In this document: positions 1 to 15,900 of the stretch, piece by piece
How positions within the stretch are numbered: position 1 is the first letter of the stretch
Layout of the letters: every line of letters begins with the position of its first letter
Origin: the human T2T-CHM13v2.0 reference genome, Homo sapiens
Direction: 5' to 3' (one strand)
DNA length: 64,000 nucleotides
Assembly: GCF_009914755.1 (NCBI RefSeq)
Contig: NC_060926.1
Translations under genes and position numbers: made by a program
Notes under the pieces: model-generated
The model's input: the letters and a program-made list of their open reading frames with translations, nothing else
Told to the model about the DNA's origin: nothing
Database searches by the model: none

Positions 1-182
1 TGGAATGGACCTTCAGCGAACTGCAGCTGACCTGAAGAAAAGGGGCCTGACTGTTCGAAAAAAACTAACAAACAGAAAGCAACAACAATATCAACAGAAA
101 AGACCTCCCCCCCTCCCAACACACACAAACTCCATCCAAAGTTTATCAGCCTCAAAGATCAAAGGTGGATAAATCCATGAAG

Positions 183-1205
183 ATGAGGAAAAACCAGTGC
201 AAAAACACTGAAAATTCCAAAAACCAGAATGCCTCTTCTTCTTCAAATGATTGTAACTCCTCTCCAGCAAGGGCACAAAACTGGATGGAGAATGAGATTG
301 ATGAATTGACAGAAGTAGGCTTCAGAAGGTGGGTAATAACAAATTCTTCTGAGCTAAAGGAGCATGTTCTAACCCAATGCAAGCAGGCTAAGAATCTTGA
401 TAAAAGGTTACAGGAAATGCTAACTAGAATACACAGTTTAGAGAACAACATAAATGACCTGATGGAGCTGAAAAACACAGAATAAGAACTTCGTAAAGCA
501 TACACAAGTATCAATAGCTTAATTGATCAAGCAGAAGAAAGAATATCAGAAATTGATGATCACTTTGCTGAAATAAAGTGTGAAGACAAGATTGGAGAAA
601 AAAGGAAAAAAAAAATGAACAAAGCCTCCAAGAAATATGGGACTATGTGAAAAGACTAAACCTATGATGGATTGGTATGCCTGAAAATGACGGGGAGAAT
701 GGAATCAACTTGAAAAACATACTTCAGGATATTATCCAGGAGAACTTCCCCAACCTAGCAAGACAGGCCAAAATTCAAATTCAGAAAATACAGAGAACAC
801 CACTAAGATAGTCCTCGAAGAGATCAAGCCCAAGACACATAGTCACCAGGTTCTGAAAGGGTGAAACAAACGAAAAACTGTTAAGGGCAGCCAGAGAGAA
901 AGATCAGGTCACCTGCAAAGGAAGCCCATCACACTAACAGTGAATCTCTCTGCAGAAAACCCACAAGCAAGAAGAGAGTGGGGGCTAATATTCAACATTC
1001 TTAAAGAAAACAATTTTCAACCCAGAATTTCATATCCAGCCAAACTAAGCTTCATAAGTGAAGGAGAAGTAAAACACTTTACAAACAAGCAAATGCTGAG
1101 GGATTTTGTCACCACCAGCCCTGCTTACAAGAGCTCCTGAAGAAAACACTAAATATGGAAAGGAAAAACTGGCACCAGCCACTGCAAAAACATCCCAAAA
1201 TATAA
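183..1205 (+). pseudogene. L1 ORF1p remnant (stops and frameshifts)
   Basis: MRKNQCKNTENSKNQNASS..., ARREWGLIFNILKENNFQPRISYPAKLSF motifs in ORFs 165..485 and 940..1140. Confidence 0.9.
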
Positions 1206-1268
1206 AGACCAATGACACCATAAAGAAACTGCATCAACTAATGTGCAAAATAACCAGCTGGCATCATG

Positions 1269-4200
1269 ATGAAAGGATCAAATTCATACATAACAATGTT
1301 AACCTTAAATGCAAATGGGCTAAATACCTCAATTAAAAGACACATGCTGTTAAATTGGATAAAGTGTCAAGACCCATCACGGTGCTGTATTCAAGAGACC
1401 CATCTCACATGCAAAGACATACATAGGCTCAAAATAAAGGGATGGATGAATATTTACCAAGCAAATGAAAAGAGAAAAAAAGCAGGGGTTGCAATCCTAG
1501 TCTCTGATAAAACAGGCTTTAAACCAACAAAGATCAAAAAATAAAAAAAGCATTACATAATAGTAAAGGGATCAATGCAACAAGAGCTAACTATCCTAAA
1601 TAATATGCACCCAATACAGAAGCACCTAGATTCATAAAGTTCTTAGAGACCTACAGAGAGACTTAGATTCTCACATAATAATAGTGGGAAACTTTAACAC
1701 CCCACTGACAATATTAGGAAGATCGACAAAACAGAAAATTAGCAAGCATATTCAGGACTTGAAATCAACTCTGGATCAAGTGGACCTAACAGACACCTAC
1801 AGAATTCTCCACCCCAAATCAACAGAATATACATTCTTCTCAGTGCCATATGGCAGGTATTCTAATATCTACTACATAATTGGAAATAAAACATTCCTCA
1901 GCAAATGCAAAAGAATGGAAATCATAACTAACAGTCCCTCAGACCACAGTGCAATCAAATTAGAACTCAGGGTTAAGAAACTCACTCAAAACTGCACAAC
2001 TACATGGAAATTCAAAGATATTTCCACTGAATGATAAATAATAAAATTAAGGCAGAAATCAAGAAGTGATAACAGGAAAATTTATAGCACTAAATGCCCA
2101 CATCAGAAGCTAGAAAGATCTCAGTTGACACCCTAATATCACGATTAAAATAACTAGACAAGCAGGAGCAAACACATTCAAAAGCCAGCAGAATACAAGA
2201 AGTAACTAAGATCAGAGCAGAAATGAAGGAGATAGAGACACAAAAAACGCTTCAAAAAATCAGTGAATCCAGGAGGTGGTTTTTTGAAAATATTAACAAA
2301 ATACATAGACCACTATCTAAACTAATAAAGAAGAAAAGAGAAGAATCGAATAGAGACAATAAAAATGATAAAGGGGATATCACCATTGATCCCATAGAAA
2401 TACAAACTACCATCAGAAAATACGATAAACAGCCCTATGTAACCAAACTAAAAAATCTGGAAGAAATGGATAAATTCCTGGACACAAACACCCTCCCAGG
2501 ACTAAACCAGGAAGAAGATGAGTGCCTGAATAGACCAATAACAAGTTCTGAAATTCAGGCAGTAATTGATAGCCTGCTAACTAAAAAGAGCCTAGAATGA
2601 GACAGATTCACAGCCGAATTCTACCGGAGGTACAAAGAGGAGCTGGTACCATTCCTTCTGAAACTATTCCAAACAAAAGAAAAAGAGGGACTCCTCACTA
2701 ACTCATTTCATGAGGCCAGCATCATCTTGATACCAAAACATGGTGGAGACAGAACAAGAAAAGAAAATTTTAGGCCAACATCCCTGATGAAAATCGATGT
2801 GAAAATCCTCAATAAAATACTGACAAACCAAATCCAGCAGCACATCACAAAGCTTATCCACCACGATCAAGTCAGCTTCATCCCTGGGGTGCAAGGCTGG
2901 TTCAACATACACAAATTAATAAATATAATTTATCATATAAACAGAAAAAAGGGCAAAAACCGCTTGATTATTTTAATAGATGCAGAAAAGGCGTGAGATA
3001 AAATTCAACATCCTTTATGTTAAAAACCCTCGGCCGGGCGTGGTGGCTCAGCCTGTAATCCCAGCACTTTGGGAGGCTGAGGAGGGCAGATCACGAGGTC
3101 AGGAGATGGCGACCATCCTGGCTAACACGGTGAAACGCCATCTCTACTAAAAAAATACAAAAAAATTAGCTGGGCGTGGTGGTGGGTGCCTGTAGTCCCA
3201 GCTACTCAGGAGGCTGAGGCAGGATAATGGCGTGAACCCAGGAAGCGGAGCTTGCAGTGAGCGGAGATCGAGCCATTGCGCTCCAGCCTGGGCGACTGAG
3301 CGAGACTCTGTCTCGAAAAAAAAAAAAGAAAAAAAAGAAAAAAAAAACCCTCAATAAACTAGGTATTGAAGGAACATACCTCAAAATAAGAGCCATTTAT
3401 TACAAACCCAGAACAAATATCATACAGAATGGGAAAAAGCTGGAAGCATTCCCCTTGAAAACTGGCACAAGACAAGAATGCTCTCTCTCAGCACTCCTAT
3501 TCAACATAATATTGAAAGTTCTAGCCAGGGCAATCAGACAAGAGAAAGAAATAAATGGTATTCAAATAGAAAGAGAGAAAGTTAAATTATCTCTGTTTGC
3601 AGCTGACATAATTCCATATCTAGAAAACCCCATCATCTCAGCCCAAAAGCTTCTTAACCTGATAAGCAACATTAGCAAAGTTTCAGGATGCAAAATCAAT
3701 GTGTAAAAATCACAAGTATTCCTATACACCAATAATAGACAGAGAGCCAAATCATGAGTGAACTCCCATTTACAATTAGTATAAAGAGAATAAAATACCA
3801 AGGAATACAACTTATAAGGGATGTGAAGGACCTCTTCAAGGAGAACTACAAATCACTGCTCAAAGAAATGAGAGAGGACACAAATCAATGGGAAAAAATT
3901 TCATGCTCATTGATAGAAAGAATCAATATTGTGAAAATAGCCATACTGCCCAAAGTAATTTACAGATTCAATGCTATTCCCATAAAGTTACCATTGACTT
4001 TCTTCACAGAATTAGAAAAAACTACTTTAAATTTCATATGGTACCAAAAAAGAGCCCATATAACCAAGACAATGTTAAGCAAAAAGAACAAAACTGGAGG
4101 CATCATACTACCTGACTTCAAACTATACTACAAGTCTACAGTAACCAAAACAGCAGGGTACTGATACCAAAACAGATATATAGACCAATGGAACAGAACA

Positions 4201-5320
4201 GAGACCTCAGAAATAACACCATACATCTACAACCACAAGATCTTCAACAAAAATGACAAAAACAAGCAATGAGGAAATTATTCCATATTTAATAAATCAT
4301 GCTGGGGGAACTGGCTAGCCATACGCAGAAAACAGAAACTGAACTCCCTCCTTACACCTTATACAAAAATTAATTCATGTTGGATTAAAGACTTAAATGT
4401 GAAACCCAAAACCATAAAAAACCCTAGAAGAAAACCTAGGCAATACCATTCAGGATATAGGCACGATCTCATAGTCATAAGATTTCATGAATAAAACACA
4501 AAAAGCAACTGCAACAGAAGCTAAAATTGACAAATGGGATCTAATTAAGCTAAAGAGCTTCTGCACAGCGAAAGAAACTATCATCAGAGTGAACAGACAA
4601 CCCACAGAATGGGAGAAAATTTTTGCAATCCATCCATCTGACAAAGGTCTAATATCCAGAATCTACAAGGAACTTAAACAAATTTACAAGAAAAAAACAA
4701 CCCCATCAAAAAGTGGGCAAAGGATATGAACAGACACTTCCGAAAAGAAGACATTTATGTGGGCAACAAAATATGGAAAAAAGCTCATCATCGCTGGTCA
4801 TTAGAGAAACGCAAATCAAAACCACAATGAGGTACCATCTCATGCCAGTTAGAATGGTGATTATTAAATGTCAAGAAACAACAGATGCTGGAGAGGATGT
4901 GGAGAAATAGGAATGCTTTTACATTGTTGGTGGGAGTGTAATTAGTTCAACTATTGTGGAAGACAGTATGGTGATTCCTCAAGGATCTAGAACCAGAAAT
5001 ACCATTTGATCCATCAGTTCTGTTACTGGGTATATACCCATAGGATTATAAATCATTCTACTATAAAGACACACGCACATGTATGTTTATTGCAGCACTA
5101 TTTACAATAGCAATGACTTGGAACCAACCCAAATGCCCATCAGTGGCAGACTGGATAAAGAAAATGTGGCACATATACACCATGAAATATTATACAGCCA
5201 CAAAAAAGAATGAGTTCATGTCCTTCCGGGGACATGGATGAAGCTGGAAGCCATCATTCTTAGCTAACTATCACAAGAGCAGAAAACCAAACACCGCATG
5301 TTCTCAAAAGTGGGAGTTGA
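1269..5320 (+). pseudogene. L1 ORF2p (endonuclease/reverse transcriptase) remnant, multiply disrupted
   Basis: EN motifs TLNANGLN, CCIQETHL, SDHSAIKLE; RT motif decayed to FAADI; split over more than 8 ORFs. Confidence 0.9.
3032..3342 (+). mobile_element. AluY-type SINE inserted in L1 ORF2
   Basis: Starts ggccgggcg; AluY-type 'accatcctggctaacacggtg' and 'ggagcttgcagtg'; A tail; TSD aaaaaccctc at 3022-3031 and 3343-3352 at a TT/AAAA site. Confidence 0.95.
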
Positions 5321-5553
5321 ACAATGAAAACGCATGGACATAGGGAGGGGGACATTACACACCAGGGCCTGTCATGGGGTGGGGGGCAAAGGGACAGAGA
5401 GGAATAGGACAAATACCTAATGCATGCAGGGCTTAAAACCTAGATGACAGATTGATGGGTGTAGCAAACAACCATGGCATATGTATACCTCTGTAACAAA
5501 CCTGCACATTCTGCACATGTATCCCAACACTTAAAGTAAAATAAAAATAAATA

Positions 5554-5962
5554 ATTTTTTTTATTACTCAATCTTTTAGATAGTAGGTCCTCTAAAGTCC
5601 AAAAATGACATTTGGCTTATTTAGTATAAAAATTTTACAGAATGCATTGCCAAATATGAAATGGTGTTTGGCTTTCTTTGGATTATATTTGTGTAAATGT
5701 ATTACTGGTATATGTTACAAAATTATGGGAATCTCCTATAATTCTAATATGACTTAGTGTATGTTAACAGTAATAATTGTAATTGATATGTTAAATTATT
5801 GTGTGCTACAGAGGTAATTAATTTCCTTGTCAATTGTGTCTTTATCTGTGATTGCCCTAAGGCTTCTTTTCATCCATAGACAATTGTCGTCTTGTTTTGA
5901 TCCTCTTTTAATGATGATTTTATTATCAGCTATGAAACTCTAACACTCTAACAGGTACTCTT
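5554..5962 (+). mobile_element. Class I ERV internal non-coding segment, MER4 group (HUERS-P1/MER4/MER41-like), left part
   Basis: Resembles recalled MER4-group internal sequence ('caaatatgaaatggtgtttggctttctttg', 'gtcaattgtgtc'); continuous with 11974 onward across the L1PA3 TSD. Confidence 0.7.
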
Positions 5963-6186
5963 TTTTTTTAAATTTATTATTATTATACTTTAAGTTTTAG
6001 AGTACATGTGCACAATGTGCAGGTAAGTTACGTATGTATACATGTGCCATGCTGGTGCGCTGCACCCACTGACTCGTCATCTCGCATTAGGTATATCTCC
6101 CAATGCCATCCCTCCCCCCTCCCCCCACCCCACCACAGTCCCCAGAGTGTGATGTTCCCCTTCCTGGGTCCATGTGTTCTCATTGT

Positions 6187-10024
<3,838 letters not shown>

Positions 10025-10069
10025 TTATTTTGCTCGTTAGTTGATGCAGTTTCTTCCTAGTCTCGATCA

Positions 10070-11086
10070 TTACGTTTTGGCATGATTTTGCAGCGGCTGG
10101 TACCGGTTGTTCCTTTCCATGTTTAGCACTTCCTTCAGGAGCTCTTTTAGGGCAGGCCTGGTGGTGACAAAATCTCTCAGCATTTGCTTGTCTGTGAAGT
10201 ATTTTATTTGTCCTTCACTTATGAAGCTTAGTTTGGCTGGATATGAAATTCTGGGTTGAAAATTCTTTTCTTTAAGAATGTTGAATATTGGCCCCCACTC
10301 TCTTCTGGCTGGTAGAGTTTCTGCTGAGAGATCAGCTGTTAGTCTGATGGGCTTCCCTTTGTGGGTAACTTCACCTTTCTCTCTGGCTGTCCTTAACATT
10401 TTTTCCTTCATTTCAACTTTGGTGAATCTGACAATTATGTGTCTTGGAGTTGCTCTTCTCGAGGAATATCTTTGTGGCGTTCTCTGTATTTCCTGAATCT
10501 GAATGTTGGCCTGCCTTGCTAGATTGGGGAAGTTCTCCTGCATAATATCCTGCAGAGTGTTTTCCAACTTGGTTCCATTCTCCCCATCACTTTCAGGTAC
10601 ACCAATCAGACGTAGATTTGGTCTTTTCACATAGTCCCATATTTCTTGGAGGCTTTGCTCGTTTCTTTTTATTCTTTTTTCTCTAAACTTCCCTTCTCGC
10701 TTCATTTCATTCATTTCATCTTCCATCGCTGATACCCTTTCTTCCAGTTGATCGCATCAGCTCCTGAGGCTTCTGCATTCTTCACGTAGTTCTCGAGCCT
10801 TGGTTTTCAGCTCCATCAGCTCCTTTAAGCACTTCTCTGTATCGGTTAGTCTAGTTATACATTCGTCTAAATTTTTTTCAAAGTTTTCAACTTCTTTGCC
10901 TTTGGTTTGAATGTTCTCCCGTAGCTCGGAGTAATTTGATCATCTGAAGCCTTCTTCTCTCAGCTCCTCAACGTCATTCTCCGTCCAGCTTTGTTCCGTT
11001 GCTGGTGAGGAACTGCGTTCCTTTGGAGGAGGAGAGGCGCTCTGCTTTTTAGAGTTTCCAGTTTTTCTGCTCTGTTTTTTCCCCAA
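10070..11086 (-). pseudogene. L1 ORF1p, start codon mutated to TTG and premature TGA at 10940-10942
   Basis: 1017-bp span equals 338 codons plus stop; C-terminal 218 aa open (REKG, ARREW, YPAKLS motifs). Confidence 0.95.
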
Positions 11087-11973
11087 CTTTGTGGTTTTAT
11101 CTACTTTTGGTCTTTGAGGATGGTGATGTACAGATGGGATTTTTGTGTGGATGTCCTGTTTGTTAGTTTTCCTTCTAACAGACATGCAGGTCTGTTGGAG
11201 TACCAGGCCGTGTGAGGTGTCAGTCTGCCCCTGCTGGGGGGTGCCTCCCAGTTAGGCTGCTCGGGGGTCAAGGGTCAGGGACCCCCTTGAGGAGGCAGTC
11301 TGCCTGTTCTCAGATCTCCAGCTGTGTGCTGGGAGAACCACTGCTCTCTTCAAAGCTGTCAGACAGGGACATTTAAGTCTGCAGAGGTTACTGTTGTCTT
11401 TTTGTTTGTCTGTGCCCTGCCCGCAGAGGTGGAGCCTGCAGAGGCAGGCAGGCCTCCTTGAGCTGTGGTGGGCTCCACCCAGTTCGAGCTTCCCGGCTAC
11501 TTTGTTTACCTAATCAAGTCTGGGCAATGGCGGGCGCCCCTCCGCCAGCCTCGCTGCCGCCTTGCAATTTGATCTCAGACTGCTGTGCTAGCAATCAGTG
11601 AGACTCCCTGGGCGTAGGACCCTCCGAGCCAGGTGCCGGATATAATCTTGTGGTGCGCCGTTTTTTAAGCCCGTCGGAAAAGCGCAGTATTCGGGTGGGA
11701 GTGACCTGATTTTCCAGGTGCCGTCTGTCACCCCTTTGTTTGACTAGGAAAGGGAACTCCCTGACCCCTTGGGCTTCCCAAGTGAGGCAATGCCTCGCCC
11801 TGCTTCGGCTCGTGCACGGTGCGCGCACCCACTGACCTGCGCCCACTGTCTGGCACTCCCTAGTGAGATGAACCCGGTACCTCAGATGGAAATGCAGAAA
11901 TCACCCGTCTTCTGCGTGGCTCACACTGGGAGCTGTAGACCTGAGCTGTTCCTATTCAGCCATCTTGGCTCCT
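11087..11973 (-). promoter_or_regulatory. L1 5'UTR: CpG-rich internal sense promoter with YY1 site, plus antisense promoter (fires on + strand)
   Basis: YY1 core gccatcttg near 11959-11968; many retained CpGs; antisense promoter is established for L1PA 5'UTRs. Activity is not shown by sequence. Confidence 0.8.
11527..11601 (+). pseudogene. L1 ORF0, truncated to 24 aa by CGA>TGA
   Basis: ATG GCG GGC GCC CCT... translates MAGAPPPASLPPCNLISDCCASNQ*, the primate ORF0 N-terminus. Confidence 0.85.
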
Positions 11974-12768
11974 CTCTAACAGGTACTCTTAAATGCAGGT
12001 TTCTGATTGATAATTCTGGAGATTGTGACATTAGAATAGAGAAACATTTTCAAATAGAAGACTGAAATAATCTTTTCTGACTTTTCCCTTAAAAGTTTGC
12101 TGATCCTTTTTTGTTTATCAGAGCCAAGAAATCTTTTTTGAGCTATTGGCAGCTTTTAACAATTGAGTAAAGTATACTGCTATGAATAAAATTTGAAGCA
12201 TATTGTTTTCCTTTGACCTGCTTTCTCTAGAACTTGGAAACTATTTGTGAGTATTCTTAACTTATGGCAATATAGTTATTTGTACAAGTGCTATAAAATG
12301 TTTTCTTTTGCAATAGGACACAATTGGAGGAACTGGTTATTTAACCAAGGCTTTGACTGGAATGGTGTGCTTTCTTTAATGAATCAAACTTGACTTATAC
12401 AGCCAATAAAAGACCCTTGGGAAAACTGGTCTCATACCATTCCCTGTACAAGGTTCCTGACCTGTGGTAAGTAAAGAATGTCACTTTCTAACAGGCCCAG
12501 GAGCCCCAAATTATCTTGGGACCTGAAGAAGAGAGGAATTTACCCAACTCATAGGTATTTGAGGGTACAAACCTATGGCTGGACTCAGCTTTAAAAAAAG
12601 TCTTAGAGATTCCTTATGGAACAGAGTTTCATCAAAGCCAATTTGGAAAGCCTATGTAAAAAATAATTATTCTTATTGGGCTTTATGCAAATAATCAGAC
12701 AAAATATAGTAATACTAAAGTTTGTTTTGCAGACAAATCAGTCCTATCATGATTTACTTTTAAATCGA
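11974..12768 (+). mobile_element. MER4-group ERV internal segment, right part
   Basis: 'ggacacaattggaggaactggttatt...ccaaggctttgactggaatgg', 'cctgacctgtggtaagtaaagaatgtcactttc' resemble recalled MER4-group internal sequence. Confidence 0.75.
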
Positions 12769-12867
12769 GCTCAGTGGCTTCCCCCCACCCACCAAGTTGT
12801 CCTTAAAAACTGTGATCCACAAATTATCTGGAGACTGATTTGAGTAATAGTAAAGCTCTGGTCTCCC
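12769..12867 (+). mobile_element. LTR8-like fragment ending just after the poly(A) signal position
   Basis: 'cccacccaccaagttgtccttaaaaac...gagactgatttgagtaatagtaaagctctggtctccc'; signal reads AGTAAA at 12849-12854; no U5 follows. Confidence 0.65.
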
Positions 12868-12902
12868 AAAAACAAAACAAAACAAAACAAAACAAAACAA
12901 AA
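12868..12902 (+). repeat. (AAAAC)n microsatellite, probably a decayed poly(A) tail
   Basis: Directly visible; begins 13 nt after the AGTAAA. Confidence 0.85.
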
Positions 12903-15900
12903 CCCAACTTTTCATTTTGTTGATCTCTTGTATTTTTTAGTTTTAATATTATTTATTTCAGCTTTTATCTTTATTATAGTCTTTCTTCTACAAGTTTTGC
13001 ATTTGGTTTGCTCTTCCTTTTGTAGTTCTTTAATATGCATCATTAGGTTGTTTATTCGAAGTTTTTCTATTGTTTTGATGTAGGTGCTTATTGCTATAAA
13101 CTTTCCTCTTGGAACTGCTTTCAGTGCATCTCATAGGATTTAATATGTTTTTTTTCCATTTTTTCATTTATTTCAAGACATTTTAAACATTTTCTTTGTA
13201 ATTTCTTCATTGACCCACTGGTCATTCAGGAGCATATTGTTTAATTTCCTTGTGTTTGTATAGTTTCCATATTTCGTCTTGTTATCAATTACCGGTTTTA
13301 TTCCTTTCTTGTCAGAGAAGATACTTGATATAATTTCATTTTTTAAGACTTGTTTTGTTGCCTAACATATGGTCTATCCTTGAGAATAATGCATGTGCTG
13401 AGGAGAAGAATGTTTATTCTATAGCCATTAGATGAAATGTTCTGTAAATATTGATTAGGTCCGTTTGGTCTACAGTGCTGATATGTCTGATGTTTCTTTG
13501 TCGGTTCTCTTTCTGGATGATCTGTCCAATGCTGACAATGGAGTATTGAATTTTCCAGCTATTATTGTATTAGCTCTCATATTTGCTTTATATATCTGAG
13601 GCTCCAGTGTTGGGAGTATGTATATTTAAAATTGTTATGTCCTCTTGGTGAATTGACCCCCTTATCATTGTATAATGACTTTCTTTGCCTCTGTATAGCC
13701 TTTGTCTTGAAATCTATCTTGTCTGAAATAAGTATAGCTTCTCTGGCTCTTTTTTGTTTTCCATTGTCATAAAATATCTCTTTCCGTTCTTTTATTTTCA
13801 TTTTATGTGTCTCTTTATAGGTGTAGTATGTTTCTTATAAGAACAGATCATTAGGTCTTGTATTTTTTTTTTAATCCATTCTGCCACTCTGTCTTTTGAT
13901 TGAAAAGTTTGGTCAATTTTCATTCAATGTTATTATAAATAAGTAAAGACTTGTACTTGCTGATATGGTTTGGCTGTGTCCCCACCGAAATCTCATTTTA
14001 AATAGTAGCTCCCATAATCCCCATATGTCATGGGAGAGACCTAGTGGGAGGTAACTGAATCATGGGGGTGGGTTTTCTGTGATATTCTCATGATAGTGAA
14101 TAAATCTTATGAGATCTATTGGTTTTATAAAATGCAGTTCCCCTGCACACGGTCTCTTCCCTGCTGCCATGTAAGACTTGCCTTTGTTCTTCCTTCACCT
14201 TCTGCCATGATAGTGAGGCCTCCCCAGCCATGTGGAAGTGTGAGTCCATTAAACCTCTTTTTCCTTATAAATTACCCAGTCTTGGATATTTCTTCATAGC
14301 AGTATGAAAATTATCTAACATACTTGCCACGTTGTTATTTTTTTAAATTATTTTGGTTATTTCTTGGTCTTCTCCTTCTTCTTTCTTTCCTTCCTGTCTT
14401 CCTCTTAGTGAAGGTGAATTTCTCAGATGGCATGCTTTAAATTCTTGATTTTTATGTTTTGTGTATCTGTTGTGTGTTTTTTTTAATTTGAGTTTACCCT
14501 GAGGCTTGCAAATAACATATTCCTTCATTTTAAACCAATAACAACTTAACACTATTTGCATAAGCAAACAAGCAATAATAAAACTAATACAACTCTAAGT
14601 TTAGCTTTTTCCCTCCACTTTTTAACTTTTTGTCACTTCTATTTATATCCTATTATATGGTCTATGTCTTGAAAAGTTACTGTAGTATTTTAGATATGTT
14701 CATATTTTAGTCTTTCTACTTAAGATATGAGTAGTTTACACAGCACAGTTATTGGGTTATAAAATTCTGCATACGTACCATTACCAGTGAATTTTATACC
14801 TTCACATGATTTCTTATTGCTCATTAATATCCCTTTTCTTGCAGATTGAAGAACTTCCTTTAGCATTTCTTGTAGGACAGGTCCAGTGTTGATAAAATCC
14901 CTCAGTTTTGTATGATTGGGAAAGTCTTTATTTCTCCTTTATGTTTGAAGAATATGTTCACTGGATATACTATTCTAGGATAAATTTTCTTTTCCTTCAG
15001 TGCATTAAATATGTCATGTCATGCTCTCCTGGCCTGTAAGGTTTTCACTGAGCAATCTGCTGCCTAACATATTGGAACTCCTTTGTGTGTTATTTGTTTG
15101 TTTTTCTCTTGCTTTTAGTATCATTTTTTATCCTCGACCTTTGGGAGTTTGATGTTTAAGTGTCTTGAGGTAGTCTTCTTTGGGTTGAATGTGCTTGGTG
15201 TTCTATAACCTTCTACTTGAATATTGATATCTGTCTCTAGATTTGAGAAGTTTTCTGTTATTATCTATTTAAATAATCTTTCTACCCTGAACTTTCTCTC
15301 TACCTCCTCTTCAAGACCAGTAGCTCTTGGATTTGCCCTTTTGAGGCTATTTTCTAAATCTTGTAGGTGAGCTTCATTCTTTTTTATTCTTTTTTCTTTT
15401 TGTCTCCCCTAGCTATGTATTTTCAAATAGCCTGTCTACAAGCTCACTAATTCTTTTTCTGCTTGATTAGTTCTGATGTTAAGAGACTCTGATGCATTCT
15501 TCAGTATATCAGTGCATTTTTCAAATTCAGAATTTCTGCTTCATTCTTTTTCATTATTTTTATTTCTTTGTGAAATTTATCTGATAGTATTCTGAATTCA
15601 TCCCCTGTGTTATCTTGTATTTTATTGAGCTTCCCCCAAAGAGCTATTTTGAATTCTTTATCTGAAAGGTAATATATCTCTGTCTCTTTGAGATTGGACA
15701 TTGGTATATTATTTAATTCATTGGGTGAGATTGTGCTTTCCTGTATTGTCTTGATGCTTATGGATGTTTGGCAGTGTCTGAGCATTAAAGAATTAGGTAT
15801 TTATTGTAGTATTCTCAGTCTGGACTTGTTCTTACCTATCCTTTTCGAGGACATTCCAGGTATTTGGAGGGACTTGGGTATTGAGATCTAAATCTTGGTC

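Larger units (their letters stand above)
1..5553 (+). mobile_element. LINE-1, L1PA8-L1PA10-like, near full length (5' end lies left of the window), decayed
   Basis: End of 5'UTR, ORF1 and ORF2 fragments in order, then a 3'UTR with 'aatgcatgcagggcttaaaacctagatgac' and a short A-rich tail at ~5538-5553. Internal deletion near 2067; interrupted by an Alu. Confidence 0.93.

Noticed and set aside
5937-5953. actctaac tandem duplication beside the L1PA3 TSD
   Set aside because: An 8-bp slippage-type duplication; cannot be tied to the insertion mechanism from one sequence.
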